DNA of 61,482 nt from Nocardioides sp. (GTDB taxonomy: Bacteria; Actinomycetota; Actinomycetes; Propionibacteriales; Nocardioidaceae). The position numbers and the translations under genes were made by a program. Below are positions 57,014-61,482 of this stretch, piece after piece (the stretch's first letter is position 1; each line of letters begins with the position of its first letter). The DNA is taken from contig JBJMIQ010000134.1 of assembly GCA_045806805.1 (NCBI GenBank), positions 1-61,482 of the forward strand, in the 5' to 3' direction. The notes beneath the pieces are model-generated. The model searched no databases. It saw only the letters and a list, made by a program, of their open reading frames with translations, and had not been told where the DNA came from.

Positions 57014-58606
57014 ATGGCAGACCACCTCCGCACAGGCACCCACAACGGCCACGTCATGGTGGCCGCCCTGAAGCGGCACGGCGACAAGCCGGTCATGCAT
57101 CTGGGCGAGACCACGCTCACCGGGAGCGAAACGGCCGCGCGGATCAGCCAGTACGTCCAGGCCTTCGAGGCCCTCGGTGCCGGGACCGGCTCACACGCGG
57201 CCCTGCTGGCGCTGAACCGGCCCGAGGTGCTGTTCATCCTCGGCGCCGGTCAGACCCAGGGCTTCCGGAGGACCTCCCTGCACCCGCTGGGCTCGGCCGA
57301 CGACCACGCCTACGTCATCAACGACGCCGGGATCACCACCCTGATCGTCGACCCGATGTTCACCGAGCGGGCCCTCGCCCTGCTCGAGAAGTGCCCCGGG
57401 CTGGAGCAGGTGCTCACGATCGGACCCGTGCCCGAGGTGCTCGCCGGGAGAGGCCGCGACCTGGTCGCGGAGGCAGCGTCGTACGACGCCCGACCCCTCG
57501 AAGCCAAGGTGCTGCCCCCCGACCACATCGTCTCGATCGCCTACACCGGGGGGACGACCGGCAAGCCCAAGGGCGTGATCGGCACGGCGCAGACCATGGC
57601 CACGATGACCCAGATCCAGCTGGCCGAGTGGGAGTGGCCCGAGGCGCCGCGGTTCCTGATGTGCACGCCGCTGTCGCATGCCGGGGCCGCGTTCTTTGCG
57701 CCGACCGTGGTCAAGGGCGGCTCGCTCTACGTGCTGTCGCGCTTCGACCCGGCGGAGGTGCTCCAGACGATCGAGGAGCAGCGGATCACCGCCACCATGC
57801 TGGTGCCGTCGATGCTCTATGCGCTGCTGGACCACCCCGACTCCCGCACCCGCGACCTGTCGTCGCTGGAGACGGTCTACTACGGCGCCTCGGCGATCAA
57901 CCCCGTGCGGCTCCGGGAGGCGATCGACCGGTTCGGCCCGATCTTTGCCCAGTACTACGGCCAGTCCGAGGCGCCGATGGTGATCAGCTACCTCGCGAAG
58001 GGGGAGCACGACGAGAAGCGGCTCACCTCCTGCGGGCGACCCTCGGCGCTGCTGCGGACCGCGCTGCTGGCCGAGGACGGGACCCCGGTCGGCGTGGGGG
58101 AGCCGGGGGAGATCTGCGTCGCAGGTCCGCTCCTGGCCGGTGGCTACTGGAACCTGCCCGACGAGACCGCCGAGACATTCCGCGACGACGGCTGGATGCA
58201 CACCGGCGACATCGCCCGCGAGGACGAGGACGGGTTCTGGTTCATCGTCGACCGGACCAAGGACATGATCGTCACCGGCGGGTTCAACGTCTTCCCGCGC
58301 GAGGTCGAGGACGTCGTGGCCGAGCACCCGGCTGTCGCCCAGGTGGGCGTGATCGGCACCCCGGACGAGCGGTGGGGCGAGGCGGTGACCGCGATCGTCG
58401 TGCTCCGCGAGGACGTGGCCGATGACGAGGCGTCGATCGCCACGCTCACCGAGGAGGTCCAGGCGCTGGTCAAGGAGCGCAAGGGAGCGGTCCAGGCGCC
58501 CAAGCGCCTGATCGTGGCCGAGTCCCTCCCGCTCACGGGGCTCGGCAAGCCGGACAAGAAGGCGCTGCGGGCGAAGTACTGGGAGGGCGACCGCTCGGTC
58601 GGCTGA
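57014..58606 (+). CDS. fadD8: Acyl-CoA synthetase FadD8-like
   Basis: THNGH...ALKRH, YTGGTTGKPKG, YYGQSEAP, MHTGD, GGFNVFPREVE. Confidence 0.85.
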   Translation: MADHLRTGTHNGHVMVAALKRHGDKPVMHLGETTLTGSETAARISQYVQAFEALGAGTGSHAALLALNRPEVLFILGAGQTQGFRRTSLHPLGSADDHAYVINDAGITTLIVDPMFTERALALLEKCPGLEQVLTIGPVPEVLAGRGRDLVAEAASYDARPLEAKVLPPDHIVSIAYTGGTTGKPKGVIGTAQTMATMTQIQLAEWEWPEAPRFLMCTPLSHAGAAFFAPTVVKGGSLYVLSRFDPAEVLQTIEEQRITATMLVPSMLYALLDHPDSRTRDLSSLETVYYGASAINPVRLREAIDRFGPIFAQYYGQSEAPMVISYLAKGEHDEKRLTSCGRPSALLRTALLAEDGTPVGVGEPGEICVAGPLLAGGYWNLPDETAETFRDDGWMHTGDIAREDEDGFWFIVDRTKDMIVTGGFNVFPREVEDVVAEHPAVAQVGVIGTPDERWGEAVTAIVVLREDVADDEASIATLTEEVQALVKERKGAVQAPKRLIVAESLPLTGLGKPDKKALRAKYWEGDRSVG

Positions 58607-58637
58607 GGGGGTTGCGGGAACACCTAGCCTGAACCTC

Positions 58638-59285
58638 ATGCGTCTGCGCAACGGCACCCACGGCTACGGCGTGGTCACCAAGCTCCTGCACTGGGGCACG
58701 GTGGCGGCGCTGGTCGCCCAGTTCGTCATCGGCTACGTGATGGTCGCCGAGGGAGATTTCGAGAAGGCAGACTGCGACCCGCCCGCCGAGAACCGGGATG
58801 GTGGCGACCCCAGCGACGCAGCCCAGGCGCGGAGCGACCGGATCGAGGAGCTGTGCGAGCAGCGCCAGGACCGCCTCCAGGCGCGGGCCGACGACCCGCT
58901 CGGTACGGCGTACTCCGACCTCGCGTCCGGAAACATCTTCGGCGGCGGTCTCAGCCTTCCCGAGATCCACGTTCTACTCGGACTCGTGATCCTCGTCCTC
59001 GCCACCAGCCGCGTCGCGTGGCGCCGGATCGCCGGGTTGCCGCCGTGGGCGGAGAGCCTGTCGCCGGAGGAGCGGACGTGGGCGCACTGGACGGAGAAGC
59101 TCCTGCTGTCCCTGCTGTTCGTGATCCCGCTCAGCGGGCTCCTGCTGGTGGCGGTCAGCTACGACCTGCTGCCGCTCCACATCGCCGCCCACATCGGCTT
59201 CTTCCTCGCCCTTGCCGCTCATCTCGGGCTGGTGGTCAAGCGCACCGTCGTCCAGCCGGACCGGCTGCTGCAGCGGATGGTCTGA
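58638..59285 (+). CDS. Cytochrome b561-like membrane protein
   Basis: YGVVTKLLHW, IHVLLG, PLSG, LHIAAH...AAHLG, LLQRM. Confidence 0.8.
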   Translation: MRLRNGTHGYGVVTKLLHWGTVAALVAQFVIGYVMVAEGDFEKADCDPPAENRDGGDPSDAAQARSDRIEELCEQRQDRLQARADDPLGTAYSDLASGNIFGGGLSLPEIHVLLGLVILVLATSRVAWRRIAGLPPWAESLSPEERTWAHWTEKLLLSLLFVIPLSGLLLVAVSYDLLPLHIAAHIGFFLALAAHLGLVVKRTVVQPDRLLQRMV

Positions 59286-59289
59286 GACG

Positions 59290-60105
59290 TCAGGTCCCGG
59301 TGAACTCCGGCGTCCGCTTCTCCAGGAACGCCTTCGGGCCCTCCCTGGCGTCGTTCGAGGCGAACACGGCAGCGCCCACCTTGGCATCGTCGGCCCAGCA
59401 CTCGTCCTCGTGCTTGCCCTCGGAGTCCCGGATGGTCTTCAGCACCGCCTGCACCGCCAGCGGCCCGTTCGCCGCGATCATCCCGGCGATCTCGTGCGCC
59501 TTCTCCAGCGCCTGCCCGTCGGGTACGACGTGCCCGACCAGGCCGAGGGCCCGGGCCTCCGGGGCCTGGATGTGCCGACCGGTCAGCAACAGGTCGGCGG
59601 CCACCGTGTAGGGGATCTGACGGGGGAGTCGCACGGCGGAGCCACCGAGGGGGTAGAGCCCCCAGCGCGGTTCGGAGACCCCGAACCGAGCGGACTCGCC
59701 GGCCACCCGGATGTCGGTGGCTTGCAGGATCTCGGTTCCGCCCGCGATCGCCGGGCCCTCCACCGCCGCGATCAGCGGCTTGGTGAGCCGGAAGCCCTTG
59801 AGCAGCGACTTGATCACCGAGGGGTCGAACTCCCCGGACTCGAACCGGTCAGTCGGGGCGGACTTGCTCATCGCGGCCAGGTCGGCGCCGGCGCAGAACG
59901 AGCCGCCGGCGCCGGTCAGGATGGCGACCCGGACCGAGGAGTCGGAGTTCACCCGGTCCCACGCTTCCGACATGATCTCGAGCATCTCCCCGGAGAGCGC
60001 GTTGCGCTTCTCGGGCCGGTTCATCGTCACCACCAGGGTGTGGCCGACGAGCTCCACCAGGGCGTGTGGCGCGGCGTGTGAAGGGGGGTCAGCGGCGTCC
60101 GTCAT
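59290..60105 (-). CDS. echA19: Enoyl-CoA hydratase EchA19
   Basis: [40 protein letters not shown]; divergent from fadD19. Confidence 0.9.
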   Translation of the reverse strand: MTDAADPPSHAAPHALVELVGHTLVVTMNRPEKRNALSGEMLEIMSEAWDRVNSDSSVRVAILTGAGGSFCAGADLAAMSKSAPTDRFESGEFDPSVIKSLLKGFRLTKPLIAAVEGPAIAGGTEILQATDIRVAGESARFGVSEPRWGLYPLGGSAVRLPRQIPYTVAADLLLTGRHIQAPEARALGLVGHVVPDGQALEKAHEIAGMIAANGPLAVQAVLKTIRDSEGKHEDECWADDAKVGAAVFASNDAREGPKAFLEKRTPEFTGT

Positions 60106-60126
60106 GGGGACAATCTAGCCAAAAAC

Positions 60127-60140
60127 AAGAACGTGTTCTA
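60127..60140. promoter_or_regulatory. KstR operator
   Basis: AAGAACGTGTTCTA (one mismatch); overlaps TAGTCT, which ends 6 nt before GTG 60151. Confidence 0.85.
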
Positions 60141-60150
60141 GTCTCGCGAC

Positions 60151-61482
60151 GTGGCCCACAACATCGCCGACCTCTTCGAACATGCCGTCGACGCGGTGCC
60201 CGAGAACCCCGCCCTGAAGGTCGCAGATCGGGTCGTGACCTTTGCCGAGCTCGAGGCCGACGCCAACCGCCTGGCCCACCATCTCCAGGCCCAGGGCGTG
60301 GGCCCCGGCGACCACGTGGCCATCTACGCCAAGAACAGTGTCGAGCACGTCGTCGCCCTGCTCGCGGTCACCAAGATCCGCGCGGTCAGCATCAACGTCA
60401 ACTACCGCTACGTCGAGTCCGAGCTCGACTACCTCTTCGACAACGCCGACGTGGTCGCGGTGATCCATGAGCGCACCTACGCGCCACTGGTGGCGGCCTG
60501 CTTCGCCAAGCACGAACAGCTCCGGCATGCGGTCGTGGTGCCCGACGCCCTGGCGCCGGACGACGACTCGGACGTGTCGTCCTACGGCGGAGTCCTGTGG
60601 ACCGACGCCCTGGCGGCCCGGAGTCCCGAACGCGACTTCGGCGAGCGCAGTGCCGACGACCTGCACATCATCTACACCGGCGGCACGACCGGCTTCCCCA
60701 AGGGCGTGATGTGGCGCCACGAGGACTTCTGGCGGGTGCTGGGCGGCGGCATCGACTTCTACACCGGGGTGCCGCTGGACGAGTTCGACCAGTCCAAGCA
60801 GGCCGTCGAGCCCCGGATGATGACCTTCCCGCTGAGCCCCCTGATGCACGGGGGTGCGCAGGCGAGCCTGCTCATGCACCTGTTCGCGGGCCACTGCACG
60901 ATCCTCGAGCCGAAGTTCGACGCGCAGCGCACCTGGGAGATCGCCGAGCGGGAGAAGATCCAGATGCTCTTCATGACCGGCGACGCGATGGCGTTGCCGC
61001 TCATCGACGAGTTCGAGCGCAAGGCGGGTGAGGGGACGCCGTACGACGCCTCCAACCTGTTCGTCATCTCCAGCAGTGCCGCGGTGTTCAGCCCGCAGGT
61101 GAAGAGGCGGTGGATGAACGCGTTCCCCGACGGCATCTTCACCGATTCGGTGGGCGCCTCCGAGACCGGCTTCCAGGGCATGGGCATGCAGGACAAGGAG
61201 CACATCAGCACGGACGGCCCGGTGATCGGCCTCGGCCCCAATAGCGTGGTCATCGACGACGACAACCGGGTCACCCTGCTGGGCCGCGGTTCCAACTGCG
61301 TCAACACCGGCGGGGAGAAGGTCTACCCCGAGGAGGTGGAGATGGCGGTCAAGGCCCACCCGGCCGTCTACGACTGCCTCGTGGTCGGCGTCCCCGACGA
61401 GAAGTACGGCCAGGCCGTGGCCGCGGTGGTCGAGCTGCGTGAGGGGGCCTCGCTGGAGCTCGACGCGCTGCGCGACTTCCTG
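60151..61482 (+). CDS. fadD19: Steroid-CoA ligase FadD19, 3'-truncated by window edge, with an apparent internal in-frame deletion (possible pseudogene)
   Basis: NIADLFEHAVD, NVNYRYVE, YTGGTTGFPKGVMWRHED, DSVGASETG, LLGRGSNCVNTGGEKVYPEEVE. The GYY and xGD motifs are missing. Confidence 0.85.
   Translation, partial: MAHNIADLFEHAVDAVPENPALKVADRVVTFAELEADANRLAHHLQAQGVGPGDHVAIYAKNSVEHVVALLAVTKIRAVSINVNYRYVESELDYLFDNADVVAVIHERTYAPLVAACFAKHEQLRHAVVVPDALAPDDDSDVSSYGGVLWTDALAARSPERDFGERSADDLHIIYTGGTTGFPKGVMWRHEDFWRVLGGGIDFYTGVPLDEFDQSKQAVEPRMMTFPLSPLMHGGAQASLLMHLFAGHCTILEPKFDAQRTWEIAEREKIQMLFMTGDAMALPLIDEFERKAGEGTPYDASNLFVISSSAAVFSPQVKRRWMNAFPDGIFTDSVGASETGFQGMGMQDKEHISTDGPVIGLGPNSVVIDDDNRVTLLGRGSNCVNTGGEKVYPEEVEMAVKAHPAVYDCLVVGVPDEKYGQAVAAVVELREGASLELDALRDFL

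Overview
High-GC actinobacterial chromosomal window; the gene content looks Nocardioides-like, but that is an inference. It carries most of a cholesterol/sterol catabolic supercluster. Side-chain genes: a fused chsE1-chsE2 (fadE28-fadE29), chsH2, chsH1, ltp2, chsH3/hsd4B, fadA5, cyp125, ltp3, ltp4, an Rv3521-like gene, echA19, fadD8 and fadD19. A/B-ring genes: kstD, hsaADCB and hsaEGF. C/D-ring (HIP) KstR2 regulon: fadD3, fadE30-33, ipdF, kstR2, fadA6, echA20, ipdABC and two SDRs. Nine KstR-type operators and two variant KstR2 operators are visible, often overlapping a -10 hexamer 6-8 nt before a start codon, which suggests leaderless transcripts. Accessory genes are scattered between the steroid operons. 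Most notable observations: (1) an AbiEi-N/DUF559-like nuclease gene bracketed by 87-bp structured imperfect inverted repeats containing four copies of a 19-bp motif, a candidate undescribed mobile or self-regulating element; (2) an in-frame deletion of roughly 55 codons in fadD19 that removes the A6/A7 adenylation motifs; (3) a family of short palindromic REP-like repeats, mostly inside coding sequences, with one copy nested inside another; (4) a MIRU-like insert between chsH2 and chsH1 that keeps translational coupling through a chain of ATGA overlaps; (5) a standalone HTH-less TetR domain and two unannotated small ORFs. No rRNA, tRNA, CRISPR array or classical transposase was seen. All family assignments come from recalled motifs and synteny, not from database searches.
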